From Octopus vulgaris (lineage: Eukaryota): a stretch of 64,000 nt of DNA. Shown here piece after piece: positions 1-12,937 of the stretch (its first letter is position 1; every line of letters starts with the position of its first letter). A program made the position numbers and the translations under genes. The stretch covers positions 45,074,001 through 45,138,000 of the forward strand of contig OX597828.1 in assembly GCA_951406725.2 (NCBI GenBank), written 5' to 3'. Under the pieces are notes generated by a model, which searched no databases, had not been told where the DNA came from, and saw only the letters and a program-made list of their open reading frames with translations.

Positions 1-19
1 ATGTTGGCAAACAATTTTT

Positions 20-625
20 ACTACAAGAAATAAGTTGATTAGATCAACCGAAGTACTTGACTGGTAGTTATTTTGGATCTTTTCGGTTTGAACAGCAGTT
101 TTTAACAAAATTTCTAGGTAACAAAAAAATTTTTTAATTCGTTTACTGGTACAATGTGTTTATAAAACATCTTTTTCTCTTGGCTTTATTGAGAAAATTC
201 TATAGTTTGTAAGATATTTGTTGTTTATTTTTTCAATTTCTGCACTTTCAACCAATCACTGACGTCCATTGAGGTAAACAACATTCTGTGCCGTATGAAT
301 ATGTCCTTGTTTAAGAAACAGATTGGGTTTATTTACATTTGTGAAGAAAAAAAGATACCCTTCCCCCCACCCCTAACTCTAACCCTAACTAACCCTAACC
401 CTAAAACAGATTGAAATGCAATAGATCGATACTAGGGTCATAATTATGGGTCACAATTTCATATGACACCGCTAGAAAAAACTGCCGTTCAAACCGAAAA
501 GATCCGTTATTTTATCAACCCTGAGAGGACGAAAGACAAAGTCAACCTCAATGGAATTTGAACTCTGATTATAAAAACAGAGAAAATGCTATTAAGCAGC
601 TTGTTTGTCACAATAATGATTGTAC
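20..625 (-). mobile_element. Degenerate family-B SINE interrupted by the MITE
   Basis: The flanks (ctggtagttatttt / atcaaccctgagaggacgaaagacaaagtcaacctcaatggaatttgaactc) match family-B copies elsewhere in the window. Confidence 0.7.
75..505. mobile_element. Non-autonomous DNA transposon (MITE) with GG...CC termini and 8-bp TSD, Merlin-like; inserted in a family-B SINE
   Basis: TIR ggatcttttcggtttgaacagcagttttt (75-103) matches aaaaactgccgttcaaaccgaaaagatcc (477-505) with 1 mismatch. The direct repeat gttatttt flanks it at 67-74 and 506-513. Superfamily is inferred from GG termini plus 8-bp TSD. Confidence 0.85.
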
Positions 626-1011
626 CACTCATTGATTTGAACTTGAGGATAATAATGCCTAAGCTACTTTGATAGATTTTGGGTTTTTTTCCAGTATTTT
701 CAAATTGTAATTAATTGACGATAATGCATTTCTACAGAAATATGGTTACAAAAGGGTTAAAAGATAACAATTATTCAACTGTCTTCTATCAGGATTAGAA
801 AACAGGGCCAGAAGTTCTGAGATTTTTAAGAAGTAAAGTTATCTATTTGTCTCCCTCGTACCAAATCAATCATTAGCGAAAGGATATGAGAAAAACACAG
901 CTGCTCTCTCTCTCTCTACCAATTCTTTGGTGCTTCTACTGGAGATGACATATATGACCATGTATACATACATACATATATACATACATACATACACACA
1001 TACATACATGT

Positions 1012-1060
<49 letters not shown>

Positions 1061-1126
1061 TATAGATATATAGATATATATATACACAAACACAAACACA
1101 TATGTATATAAGTATACATACAAGTG

Positions 1127-1158
<32 letters not shown>

Positions 1159-1356
1159 AGTATATATATATACATATATAAGTATATATATTTATATATA
1201 TATATATATATACACACACATACATATACACATATGTATATTGTGTATATGTATATAACTATACATGTATCTATGTATATTTATGTATGTGTGTATATGT
1301 GCGTGTGTGTATGTATGCATGCATATATATATATATATATATATATATACATTCTT

Positions 1357-1406
<50 letters not shown>

Positions 1407-1629
1407 TAGGCATATACAGATATATATGCATGTACCTATACATATATGTACATATACCATAGAACACTTGAAAAGTGGTCGAGCCATATGGATATAAGAG
1501 ATATTAAACTCTGAAGACAAAATGATGTCTTGTCTTTGTGAGTGATTAAAACAAACTAAAGAATGTTCATGTGTAAGTGTATAAATATATTCATGCGTGT
1601 GTGTGTGTGTGTGTGTGTGTCTTTGCATG

Positions 1630-1674
<45 letters not shown>

Positions 1675-1749
1675 ACAAAGATATAGGTGTATAGAGAAAG
1701 AGAAAAAAAGAGCACTTACCAAAGAATGTAGCTTGCATAGGATTATGTA

Positions 1750-1787
<38 letters not shown>

Positions 1788-1818
1788 TAAATATATAATG
1801 TATATATGTATATGTATA

Positions 1819-1862
<44 letters not shown>

Positions 1863-1863
1863 G

Positions 1864-1932
<69 letters not shown>

Positions 1933-1938
1933 TATATA

Positions 1939-2006
<68 letters not shown>

Positions 2007-2011
2007 ATGTG

Positions 2012-2044
<33 letters not shown>

Positions 2045-2390
2045 GCATGTATGTATATATTTATATATGTATATATACATATATGTATATATATATTTGT
2101 GTGTGTGTATGATTGTGTGCGTATGACTATGTTTATGACTATATTTATGTAGATGTACGCTAATTTACATATATGTATATATTTATGAGTTGTTATGCGG
2201 AGAGCTTTATCTCTGATGATGGCAGCATTGATAACGACAACCAGGAATGCATTTAAGAGAAGCAGTGAAATGCATCTGCGACACCTCAGTGCAGCATCTT
2301 TCAGAGCCGGAATCTTCTTCATTCCATCACAAGTGTTATCATACATCAAATAGTATGTAATACCACCTTGTTTTTGTTTTTTTTTGCATA

Positions 2391-2818
2391 TAGGCGCAGG
2401 AGTGGCTGTGTGGTAAGTAGCTTGCTAACGAACGACATTGGTCCAGGTTCAGTCCCACTGCGTGGCATCTTGGGCAAGTGTCTTCTGCTATAGCCTCGGG
2501 CCAACCACAAAGCCTTGCGAGTGGATTTGGTAGACGGAAACTGAAAGAAGCCTGTCGTATATATGTGTATATATATATAAGTGTGTGTGTATATGTTTGT
2601 GTGTCTGTGTTTGTCCCCCTAGCATTGCTTGACAACCGATGCTGGTGTGTTTACGTCCCCGTCACCTAGCGGTTCGGCAAAAGAGATCGATAGAATAAGT
2701 ACTGGGCTTACAAAGAATAAGTCCCGGGGTCGATTTGCTCGACCAAAGGCGGTGCTCCAGCATGGCCACAGTCAAATGACTGAAACAAGTAAAAGAGTAA
2801 AAAGAGAGAGTAAAGAGT
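2391..2818 (+). mobile_element. Family-A tRNA-derived SINE, full length
   Basis: A-box-like tggctgtgtgg, B-box-like ggttcagtccc, CORE-like cttgggcaagtgtctt, internal (TA)n(TG)n and a (gagtaaaa)n tail. About 30 related copies occur in the window. Confidence 0.9.
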
Positions 2819-3011
2819 ATAGGCGCAGGAGTTGCTGTGTGGTAAGTAGCTTGCTAACAAACCACATTGGTCCGGGTTCAGTCCCACTGCATGGCACCTT
2901 GGGCAAGTGTCTTCTACTATAGCTTCGGGCCAACCAAAGCCTTATGAGTGGATTTGGGAGATGGAAACTGAAAGAAGCCTGTCGTATATATATGTGTATA
3001 TATATATATAA

Positions 3012-3043
<32 letters not shown>

Positions 3044-3260
3044 GTGTATGTTTGTGTGTTTGTGTTTGTTCCCCCAACATCGCTTGACAACCGATACTGG
3101 TGTGTTTACATCCCCGTAACTTAGCGGTTCGGCAAAAGAGACCGATAGAATAAGTACAAGGCTTACAAAGAATAAGTCCTAGGGTCGATTTGCTCGACTA
3201 AAGGCGGTGCCCCAGCATGGCCACAGTCAAATGACTGAAATAAGTAAAAGTAAAAGAGTA
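2819..3260 (+). mobile_element. Family-A SINE, second copy in direct tandem
   Basis: Same head, body and tail, starting immediately after the tail of the previous copy. Confidence 0.9.
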
Positions 3261-3265
3261 TATAT

Positions 3266-3550
3266 GGAACTTGGGTTGTTTACAGTTATCACATTATATT
3301 CTTGGAGGGTTTCTATATGAGCTGCCTCCAATGCATTCTGGGAATTACCTGATGTGACCACGTGACACCTTGAAATGCTAGCAAAGACCAAGTGATCAAC
3401 TACAAATGTATGGAGGTGATGTTCATCCATTGCCAACTGCAGTGGCTTGTGAACATGATAATGCTACCTCCAAGCTGACTGTCCTTTGGAGTGGTATGCC
3501 ACCATCTCACCATCTCAGACATTGCTGAACGACCAAAGTGGTGCTTCCAT
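3266..3550 (+). pseudogene. RTE-clade LINE ORF fragment (region C-terminal to RT), degraded
   Basis: Manual translation TWVVYSYHIIFLEGFYMSCLQCILGIT*CDHVT..EMLAKT..MEVMFIHCQLQWLVNM resembles the RTE/BovB pattern ETW..Y..H...LE.FH.RCLR.ILGI.W.D.V...EVL...QLRW.GH. It contains stops and frameshifts. Confidence 0.7.
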
Positions 3551-3597
3551 GCTTAGATGAAGAGTTCAAGAATTTATTGAGAATTCTGTTATTCTTC

Positions 3598-3985
3598 TAT
3601 TCTTTTATTTGTTTTAGTCATTTGACTGTGGCCATGCTGGAGTACCCCCTTTTAGTCAAAGAAATCCACCCCTGGACTAATTCTTTGTAAACCTGATGCT
3701 TAGTCTATCGGTCTCTTCTGCCAAACTGCTAAGTTACGTGGACGTAAACATACCAACATCTTTGTCAAGTGATCATGGTGGAGACAAACATACACACAAA
3801 CACACTCACACAAATATATACACAGATACACGCTTATATACGATGGGCTTCCTTTTAGTTTCCATATACCAAATCTACTCACAAGGCTTTGGTCAGCCTG
3901 AGGCTATAGTAGAAAATACTTTCCCAAGGTGCCACGCAGTGGAACTGAACCCAGAACCATGTGGTTAGCTACTTACCACACAGCA
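3598..3985 (-). mobile_element. Family-A SINE, degenerate
   Basis: Reverse-complement match to family A. Confidence 0.85.
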
Positions 3986-4180
3986 ACATCCGATCAGACT
4001 GATAGTGTGTATTTGTTACTGGTCATATCATCATATCAGTTATTGGCAGCTGTGTTGGAGGGGGGTGGGGGGAGATGGCAGGGGAGATGGCAGAACCATG
4101 AAACAGCAGAAGAGTACAAGAACCCAGGTACTCATCCTAACCATCATTACTGCTCATCAACCATCATTAACACTACCACT

Positions 4181-4484
4181 GTCAAAGTCAGAAAACAGCA
4201 CAGCTCCCATGACTTTCAGGAAACATTTTTTCACACTAAATGTTGCTGAAGCATGGAACAAACTGCCAGCATCAGTTGTTAGTTGTCGGAGCACTGCATC
4301 CTTCAAAACTTCCATGCTTCCTGAGATTTGCCAACACTACACCTGATTTTCTCCCCTCCATACACACACGAGCATGTATCTAACTCATACACTGTTCACT
4401 TCCTAGTCTTTTGTACATTACTACATATGCTTTATATGCACTTTCGACAAGTTGTGGTGCACCTGAGCACTGTATACAATAATT

Positions 4485-4518
<34 letters not shown>
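4181..4518 (+). mobile_element. CR1-group LINE 3' end with (ATT)n tail
   Basis: Encodes KVRKQHSSHDF/RKHFFTLNVAEAWNKLPASVVSCRSTASFKTSML, the CR1/L2-type FF..RV...WN.LP..VV motif. A second copy lies at 57310-57735 (-). Confidence 0.85.
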
Positions 4519-4519
<1 letters not shown>

Positions 4520-5470
4520 AATGCACCACTTACAATAGAGTTTGAGGGTTCCTTATCTTACTGTTAAGAGAGAGGACAACTTCCGTCAGTTTTTGATGGT
4601 CAACCAAAATGTAGAAACATATGTGCGTATGTATATGCATTAACATCTATATGTGTTTATTTTTGTGTTCATGAACTGGACTCTGAAGATGATAGCATTT
4701 TTAATGGTTGTTCACCATTTTCAATCAGTTAATCAACTGATTGCATAAACTGAATAATGACAGTACCCAGAATGTATATCAGAAACAGCAGTAAGTCTGC
4801 AATGCACAAATTATTTATGCTTTTTCTCATATACATGTGTTCATGCGTGTATGTGTGTGTGTGTGTGTGTGTGCATGCCTCTGTGTGTGTGTGCATGCCT
4901 CTGTGTGTGTGTGTGTGTGTGTGTGCATGCCTCTGTGTGTGTGTGTGTGCACACGTATGTATGTGTTTATGTATGTCTGTGTATTTGCATGAATGTACGC
5001 ATGAGTTTACGAAGGAGGGTAACATAGGATTTCAAATGATGTACGTGGGTTATAATAAAGAAAAACAAGGCATACATGTATATAGAAATATTAAGTATTC
5101 ACCTTAACAGCAAGCGTCTGTAGTTATTCCAGGGGGCAACGGCAGCAGCAGCAGTAGAATTTTTAGCAGCAGTAGCAGTAGCAGCAGCAGCAGGAGTAGC
5201 AGTAAGAGAGGTGAGAAAAGAGAGTAAAAGAAGAGAGAAAATAGAATAAGTAATATATATGAGTAAATAAAAAAAAGATTAAGAATTGGGTTCATGAAGA
5301 AATACTGGGATAACAGAGCTGGTATAATTAAGCCAACCTTTTAGGGTATGAGGAAGACCACCTGACCACATATGGGGTTGAGGCTGCAACTGGCCGTACC
5401 ATCCTCCAGTACCTGATGTTCTCACCTCTACTCAAATGCTGTAGGGTTCCTGTTCTTGCTTGCACTTAGT

Positions 5471-5832
5471 GAAGGCACATGGTTCAGCAGTTTGAGAGTC
5501 GGGTTCACAATCATGAGGTAGCGAGTTCAATTCCCGGTCTGTGCTGTATGTATGTTGTGTTCTTGAGCAAGACACTTTATTTCACGCTGTGAAGGTGCAT
5601 GGCTCAGTGGTTAGAGCGTCGGACTGACAATCATAAGATAGTGAGTTCGATTCCCAGACCAGGCTCTGTATTCTGTTCTTGAGCAAGACACTTTATTTCA
5701 CATTGCTCCAGTTCACTCAGCTGTCAAAAGGAGTTGTAATGTCACTGGTGCCAAGCTGTATCGGCCCCTTTGCCTTTCCCTTGGATAACATCGGTGGTAT
5801 GGAGAAGGGGAGGCTGGTATGCATGGACGACT
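5471..5832 (+). mobile_element. Family-D tRNA/CORE-like SINE with tandemly duplicated head
   Basis: Two heads (5471, 5591) with tggctcagtggttaga and gagttcgattccc boxes, followed by CORE-like gttcttgagcaagacactttatttcacattgctccagttcactcagctgt. Confidence 0.8.
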
Positions 5833-6072
5833 GTTTGCCTTCTATATATTAGCAGGTCATCAGATAACAGTGTTTCATTCTGATTTGATCTCCTCAGTAA
5901 CAACCACACTCAGACATTCTGAACTAAATCAAAATTTTCATTCTGATATTGAAATCAGCAAGCAAGTGATTCCATTGATTCATGAAAAAAATTGTCTGGA
6001 TTAAAATTGAAATCAATATATACCCTTGAAACAATGTGTCAGATAAAAATAATGCATGCTGTGTATCAGATT

Positions 6073-6121
<49 letters not shown>

Positions 6122-6159
6122 GTATAAACATTATTTTATATATATACATATATATTTAT

Positions 6160-6195
<36 letters not shown>

Positions 6196-6237
6196 GTGTG
6201 TGTGTGTGTGTAAATATATATATATTAATATATACAT

Positions 6238-6628
6238 TCTTTTATTCTTTTACTTGTTTCAATCATTTGATTGTGTCCTTGCTGGAGCATCACCTTTAGT
6301 TGAACAAATCGACCACAGGACTTATTCTTTGTAAGCCTAGTACTTATTCTATTGGTCTCTTTTGCTGAACTGCTAAGTTACTGAGTCATAAACACACCAA
6401 ATATCAATTGTCAAGCAATGGTGGGGAAGAAACACACACACACACACACACACACATGTACATACGATTGACTTATTTCAGGTTTTGTCTACCAAATTCA
6501 CTGACAAGGCTTTGGTCACCCTGAGGCTGTAGTAGAAGACACTGGCCCAAGGTGCCATGCAGTGGGACTGAACCTGGAACCATCTGATTGCTAAGCAATC
6601 TACTTACCACACAGCCACTCCTGAGCCT
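6238..6628 (-). mobile_element. Family-A SINE
   Basis: Reverse-complement match to family A. Confidence 0.85.
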
Positions 6629-6816
6629 GTATATAGTCATATATTCATGTAAAAGTAACAATAATTTCCCACTTTTTGTCATCCAATCATCATACTCTAT
6701 GATATTCTAACACTGTGAATCTGTGCCAAATTTTATTTTCCATTTTTCATAATCATTCCTAAACAGCTTACCAAATATTGAAAGTACTGACTCTTGCAGT
6801 TTCCACAATTTAATAA

Positions 6817-6858
<42 letters not shown>

Positions 6859-6860
<2 letters not shown>

Positions 6861-7271
6861 GCGCAGGAGTGGCTGTGTGGTAAGTAGCTTGCTAACCAAC
6901 CACATGGTTCCAGGTTCAGTCCCACTGCGCGCCATCTTGGGCAAGTGTCTTCTGCTATAGCCCCGGGCCAACCAATGCCTTGTGAGTGGATTTGGTAGAC
7001 GGAAACTGAAAGAAGCCTGTCGTATATATGTATATATATATATGAGTGTGTGTGTATATGTTTGTGTGTCTGTGTTTGTCCCCCTAGCATTGCTTGACAA
7101 CTGATGCTGGTGTGTTTACGTCCCCGTCACTTAGCGGTTCGGCAAAAGAGACCGGTAGAATAAGTACAAAGCTTACAAAGAATAAGTCCTGGGGTCGATT
7201 TGCTTGACTAAAGGCGGTGCTCCAGCATGGTCGCAGTCAAATGACTGTAACAAGTAAAAGAGTAAAAGAGT
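6859..7271 (+). mobile_element. Family-A SINE, full length (followed by a 5' half at 7298-7520)
   Basis: Near-identical to the 2391-2818 copy. Confidence 0.9.
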
Positions 7272-7524
7272 ATATATATATATATATATATATATGCGTA
7301 GGCATAGGAGAGGCTGTGTGGTAAGTAGCTTGCTTACAAACCACATGGTTGCGGGGTCAGTCCCACTGCCGTGGAACCTTGGGCAAGTGTCTTCTACTAT
7401 AGTTTCGGGCTGACCAAAGCCTTATGAGTGGATTTGGGAGATGGAAACTGAATGAAGCCTGTCGTATATATATATGTATGTGTGTGTATGTGTTTGTGTG
7501 TCTGTGTTTGTGTTTGTGTGTCTG

Positions 7525-7735
7525 TGGATAGAAAATTCACACAAAAGTCACTCCTATTGATTTTTTTAATGGCTTTGCTGGGTGACTGGGGAAATGTAAA
7601 GATGTGCACGACCACCCTTGAATGGTTTTGATGGACCATAGAAAGTGTGAGCCCTCAACCTGAAAAATTGTGAACTTGTATAAAGGACACGCACACACAT
7701 GCACAGACAGACATTTTGCCGTTTATATATATAGA
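7525..7735 (-). mobile_element. Helitron-like 5' fragment
   Basis: The minus-strand start TCtatatatataaacggcaaaatgtctgtctgtg resembles the 5' end of the Helitron at 53977-54361. Confidence 0.55.
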
Positions 7736-7967
7736 TATTCATTTCTATTAGTTCAGCTCATGTGATATACAGTTGTGAAACAAAGAAAATTGGTAAAAGT
7801 GCCTGCTAGATGTTACAGTAGCTTCTGAAAACAAGGGGTACATTTCTGATGAAATACATATAAGTAGATCCCTTTGCTTTCAGTTCTAGTAAAATTTCAG
7901 TGAAGTTTCAGGAAAAAATTAGAAAATGTTACTATTAAATAATGGATTTAAATTTGCTTCTTTGGTT

Positions 7968-8272
7968 ATTGTTTATTCCTTCTCGAGCCATCCCTGGCTC
8001 ATTAGGGCCGGTTTCCCGGTTTCCTTGCCGTATAGGTTTCCCACCTGGACAGGACGCCGGTCCGTCGTAGGTGAGCTGCAAGATGCAGGAGGAAAGAGTG
8101 AGAGAAAGTTGTGGTGAAAGAGTCAGCAGAAGTTCACCATTACCTCCTGCTGGAGCCATGTGGAGCTTAGGTGTTTCACTCATAAACACACACATCCCCT
8201 GGTCTGGGATTTGAACCCGTGATCCATCAACCGCGAGTCTGCTGCTCTAACCACTAGGCCATGTGCCTCCAC
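7968..8272 (-). mobile_element. Family-E tRNA-derived SINE
   Basis: Minus-strand head gtggaggcacatggcctagtggttagagc...gggttcaaatccc. Head and central domain are shared with 59965-60252. Confidence 0.8.
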
Positions 8273-8671
8273 TTTTTGGTTATAGTAGTGTGGAAATTCA
8301 ATCTTTTGGTTAAGGGGTTCAGTAGGCAGTTTCACAATTAGCAGTTTGTTACAGTAATAAAAATGACAAGTACACACTTGAGATGAATAAGAAGAGGTTT
8401 TGTTGTGCCTGCTTCAGGTTATGCCAAGTAGCTTATTCAATACCTTCCAATTGCTTAGTAGTTCTTCATTAGCTGATATAAATTGACTAATAGGAATAGA
8501 CTTTGCAAATTATCCAGTGACAAATTATATTCATCAGAATTCTTTGCTGTCTTACCACTTAGTATAAAATCATCTGAAGAATCAAATTTAGATTTACATT
8601 CAGAAATCTTAAGGTGATGCAGATATCAGTAAGAATTTGTTACTATAGATATATTGGAGTGTGTGTGTGTG

Positions 8672-8712
<41 letters not shown>

Positions 8713-9816
8713 TCACATACACATATATTCACACACACACACACATATATTCACACACACACACAAATACATATAGGTTAATGTGAATTTAATAGCTAGA
8801 AGCATTTTATCATTCAAAATAATGTAATAATTACATTGATTTAGCTTGGTTAAACTTTATAAAATATCTAGACATGCATATTTAATATTATGGAATTATA
8901 AAACTAAGACTATACACATACATGCAAAATATAATATATAAATATGTATGCATTCATATATTCCTGATATCACTCTTATTCACTCTCCATATATATATAT
9001 ATGTGTGTAAAGCTGAGGAAGCTAACTGCATTGCATTACAAATAATATCACAAAAATTGTAAAAAAAACAGTATGATAGCATCACAGGAGGAGAAGAGTT
9101 GTGGGATAAATGAAAAACACACAGATGGGCATAAAGTGCTCCCTTCATCAGCTGTCACTTGTAAAGCATAACAATTTCGACACCCTAAGTCAATAGTGTT
9201 CATTTCAACAACGCCCACGAACCACTGGAACTGCAAGGGCAGAAATAAGTGCATATAAAAATATCATCAGACAAGAAACTCTTAGGAAGATGAGTGTAGA
9301 ATGACAAATTCAGGATTGGCTTTTTTATCCTTTCATCAATCTGCTGGAAATTATCTTCAATTTTCTTGCTACTATTTCCTGCTTTGCTTCCTTCCCATAA
9401 GCTGCAGGCCCCAACCTTTCCTTTTTTGCAGAATGGACCAGTTTCATGCAAGACAATTTTTTCATAGAGAGGGGGATCATGCACAGGACAAAATACAATA
9501 AAGTGCATAGTATATGATTTAAATATTACGTATATAATATATATATTGTGTCTTGGGAGGGTCATTAAACCAATAATAATACACACTGGTTCAATATCAC
9601 TTCTTTGTTGCTAGTAAATTGGTTAAATATCTAAACAACTAACTAATCAATCATTTGTTTTGCGTGCTGGTTAAACAATCAATCGATTGCTTTTTACCCA
9701 AAGATTTTTCTTTGTTGTTTATGACCTTGTCAATGTCTTCACTTTCTCTCCAAGATCTACTCTGATATATTGTGCAAAACACTCAGCGGAGGGTGATAAT
9801 CAATAAAATGTAAGTA

Positions 9817-10367
9817 CAGTAATGCCTTGATATATGAGTTTATTTGGTTCCCAGAGACAGCTCGTAAAGTGAAAACTGGTAAAGCGGAGCAATAATTTCC
9901 CATAGTAGTAATGTTATAAATCATAATTTGTTTCCAGGAAAATATTTTACCTGTAAAATTTATGATACTCATAAATAAATGGCAATAAAGCAACAGTAGA
10001 ATGTGAAGAATATTTTATGTAAAGTAAAAAGAATATCAAGACCATTTATAATAAAAAATATTATTATTAAAATCGTTTTCTGAATCTTTTTCACTCGCAC
10101 TAGGTTCACACTCACCATCACTTGTAGATGCAGTTGCTGATTCACAAGCACTCATAGACTGACTTGTAGATTTCTTTATGAAAAGCAAGTCTAAAAGAAG
10201 CATTTTTTATTTTGATCTCTATGAATTTCTTGGTAACACACAGAAGCATTTGTTACGGCAGTAGAAATTTTTGCACTTCGTTCAAAATTTGGATCTTGAG
10301 CATGATAAATAAAACCCGTAAACTCAGGATCTTGTAAAGTGAATCAATGTAAAATGAGGTATTACTG
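9817..10367 (-). mobile_element. Tigger/pogo-like DNA transposon, internally deleted
   Basis: TA-flanked imperfect TIRs cagtaatgcct / aggtattactg. The minus strand at about 10203-10304 encodes QDPNFERSAKISTAVTNASVCYQEIHRDQNKK, resembling the Tigger transposase C-terminus. Confidence 0.7.
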
Positions 10368-10921
10368 TATAATTTAAAAGTTTAATCTTTCTGTGTGGCC
10401 AATCACCAAATTACCCATGGTCCAGTACTTGTCCGTTGTCTGGTTCTTGGAGATTTCTACCATAAGATACTTCCACCTTCAAACCTTCTGCTTTCTCTTT
10501 CTGTTTTAATTTTCTTTCTCTCCCTCCTTTTCACAATGACTAGATGTTTTCTTTTCATTTCTCTTGGTTTATTGTTGAAGGCAATGCATTACTTTATTTA
10601 TTGTCCAGGTCAAAAGAAATTCCATTATCATCTCCTTGTTTTCTTTGTTTTTCTTTTCCCCCTCCTAAATTTATTACCACACACTCAGTCTTTCTCATTT
10701 TCTTTTTTTTCCTTCTTAACAATGATTGATACATATGCCCACTCGCCTGTATGCTTGCAATTCTAATGGGTTATAGGTACTGTTCGAATGAACAATATCC
10801 TCCTAAGTGCTAAAATTGTTATTATTTCGAATTGGCAACAGATGAAGGAACAAAATATAGGAATACCTGTCTGTGCTGCGTTTTCATTTCACCTGTAATT
10901 ACTTTGTCTATCTCCCAATAC

Positions 10922-10995
<74 letters not shown>

Positions 10996-11000
10996 TATAC

Positions 11001-11051
<51 letters not shown>

Positions 11052-11173
11052 TATACACACACACACATATATATATATATATACACATATATATACACAT
11101 ATATATACACATATTTATATATACACATATATATACATATATATATATATACATATATATATATACACACACA

Positions 11174-11244
<71 letters not shown>

Positions 11245-11274
11245 GCACATAGACACGCACAGTAACATATCCAC

Positions 11275-11319
<45 letters not shown>

Positions 11320-11477
11320 ATAGTTTGTAAGATGTGTTGAGATGAGGAAACGTGAATGATGGCTTACTCAGTATTTAACTGATTTTAATTATTTATCACT
11401 TCTTAGCTGAATTTTAACTCGTTCCTTTCTCTGAATTACTTTTACTATCGATTATCAGATAATGTATATTTGTGAAT

Positions 11478-11721
11478 ATGTACTAGGCTTACAGAGAATA
11501 GGTCCTGGGGTCAATTTGGTCGACTAAAGGTGGATAGGTGCAGGAGTGGCTGTGTGGCAAGTAGCTTCCTTACCAACCACATGGTTCTGGATTCAGTCCC
11601 ATTGCATGGCAACTTGGACAAGTGTCTTCTACTATAGCTTCGGGCTCACCAAAACCTTGTGAGTAGATTTGGTAGATGGAAACTGAAGGAAGCCCATCGT
11701 ATATATATATATATAAATAAA

Positions 11722-11754
<33 letters not shown>

Positions 11755-11825
11755 GTACGATGGGCTTCCAATAATACTATACTTGATCTACGTCCTCATG
11801 TTGTTGTGTTTTCATGTTTGGATTA

Positions 11826-11879
<54 letters not shown>

Positions 11880-12192
11880 CATATTATGTGTGTGTGTATA
11901 TGTTTGTGTCTGTGTTTGTCTCCCCCAACATCTCTTGTCAGCTGATGTGTCTCTTTTGCTGAACTAATTTATGGGGGACGTAAACACACCACCATCGGTT
12001 GTCAAGCGATGTTGGGGAGACAAACACAGACACACAAACATATACACAAACATACACATATATATATACATATATACGATGGGCTTCCTCCAGTTTCTGT
12101 CAACCAAATCCACTCACAAGGCTTTGGTCATCCTGAGGCTATAGTAGAAGACATTTCCTCAAGGTGACATGCAATGGGACTGAACCCGGAAT
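11478..12192. mobile_element. Cluster of family-A SINE fragments in both orientations, with an H3 fragment at about 11780-11830
   Basis: Matches to the family-A halves. gtcctcatgttgttgtgttttcatgtttggattaac matches the H3 3' end. Confidence 0.75.
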
Positions 12193-12416
12193 TGTGATAT
12201 ATTTAATTAGAGGATATGTCAACCTAATAAAAGGATGGCTGCATCCAAAGATATACTGATTCAATACCTAGTATTGTTGGGGAATGAAATTCCCTTCGGT
12301 CCACATATAACATCCCAAGGTACAACTTCCTTTCTTTGATGAAATTATGCTCATGTGACATAAATTCAAATTGAATGTACAAATTTGCAATTAAATTACT
12401 GAGTATTAATTGAAAC

Positions 12417-12826
12417 GGCAGGAGTGGCTGTGTGGTAAGTAGCTTGCTAACCAACCACATGGTTCCGGGTTCAGTCCCACTGCGTGGCATCTTGGGCAAG
12501 TGTCTTCTGCTATAGCCCCAGGCCAACCAATGCCTTGTGAGTGGATTTGGTAGACGGAAACTGAAAGAAGCCTGTCGTATATATGTATATATATATATAT
12601 ATATATGTTTGTGTGTCTGTGTTTGTCTCCCTAGCATTGCTTAACAACCGATGCTGGTGTGTTTATGTCCCTGTCACTTAGCGGTTCGGCAAAAGAGACC
12701 AATAGAATAAGTACTGGGCTTACAAAGAATAAGTCCTGGGGTTGATTTGCTCGACTAAAGGCGGTGCTTCAGCATGGCCACAGTCAAATGACGGAAACAA
12801 GTAAAAGAGTAAAAGAGAAAAGAGTA
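12417..12826 (+). mobile_element. Family-A SINE, full length
   Basis: High identity to other full copies. Confidence 0.9.
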
Positions 12827-12937
12827 AGAAGTGAAGATGACCAATTTGATAATAATAAATAATTGTAAACTTCCTTATTGCCATTTTCTTTTCTTCTTTT
12901 AACTGTATGTGTGTGTATGTGTGTGTGTACATACGTA

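Noticed and set aside
371-403. Chromosome-end telomere
   Set aside because: Only about five degenerate units, internal to a MITE.
2339-2635. Recurrent peptide MSSNARGTNTDTQT...RQASFSFRLPNPL seen many times in the ORF track
   Set aside because: It is the antisense translation of SINE family A, not a protein family.
8570-8620. CTGAAGA...GAAA hammerhead-like spacing
   Set aside because: Stem II cannot close next to GAAA and the cleavage triplet would end in G. Similar partial hits at 1511, 4683, 22152 and 52284 also lack required parts.
9755-9815. Apparent exon (pyrimidine tract-AG ... GTAAGT)
   Set aside because: Stops occur in all three frames, and the donor overlaps the Tigger TA insertion site.
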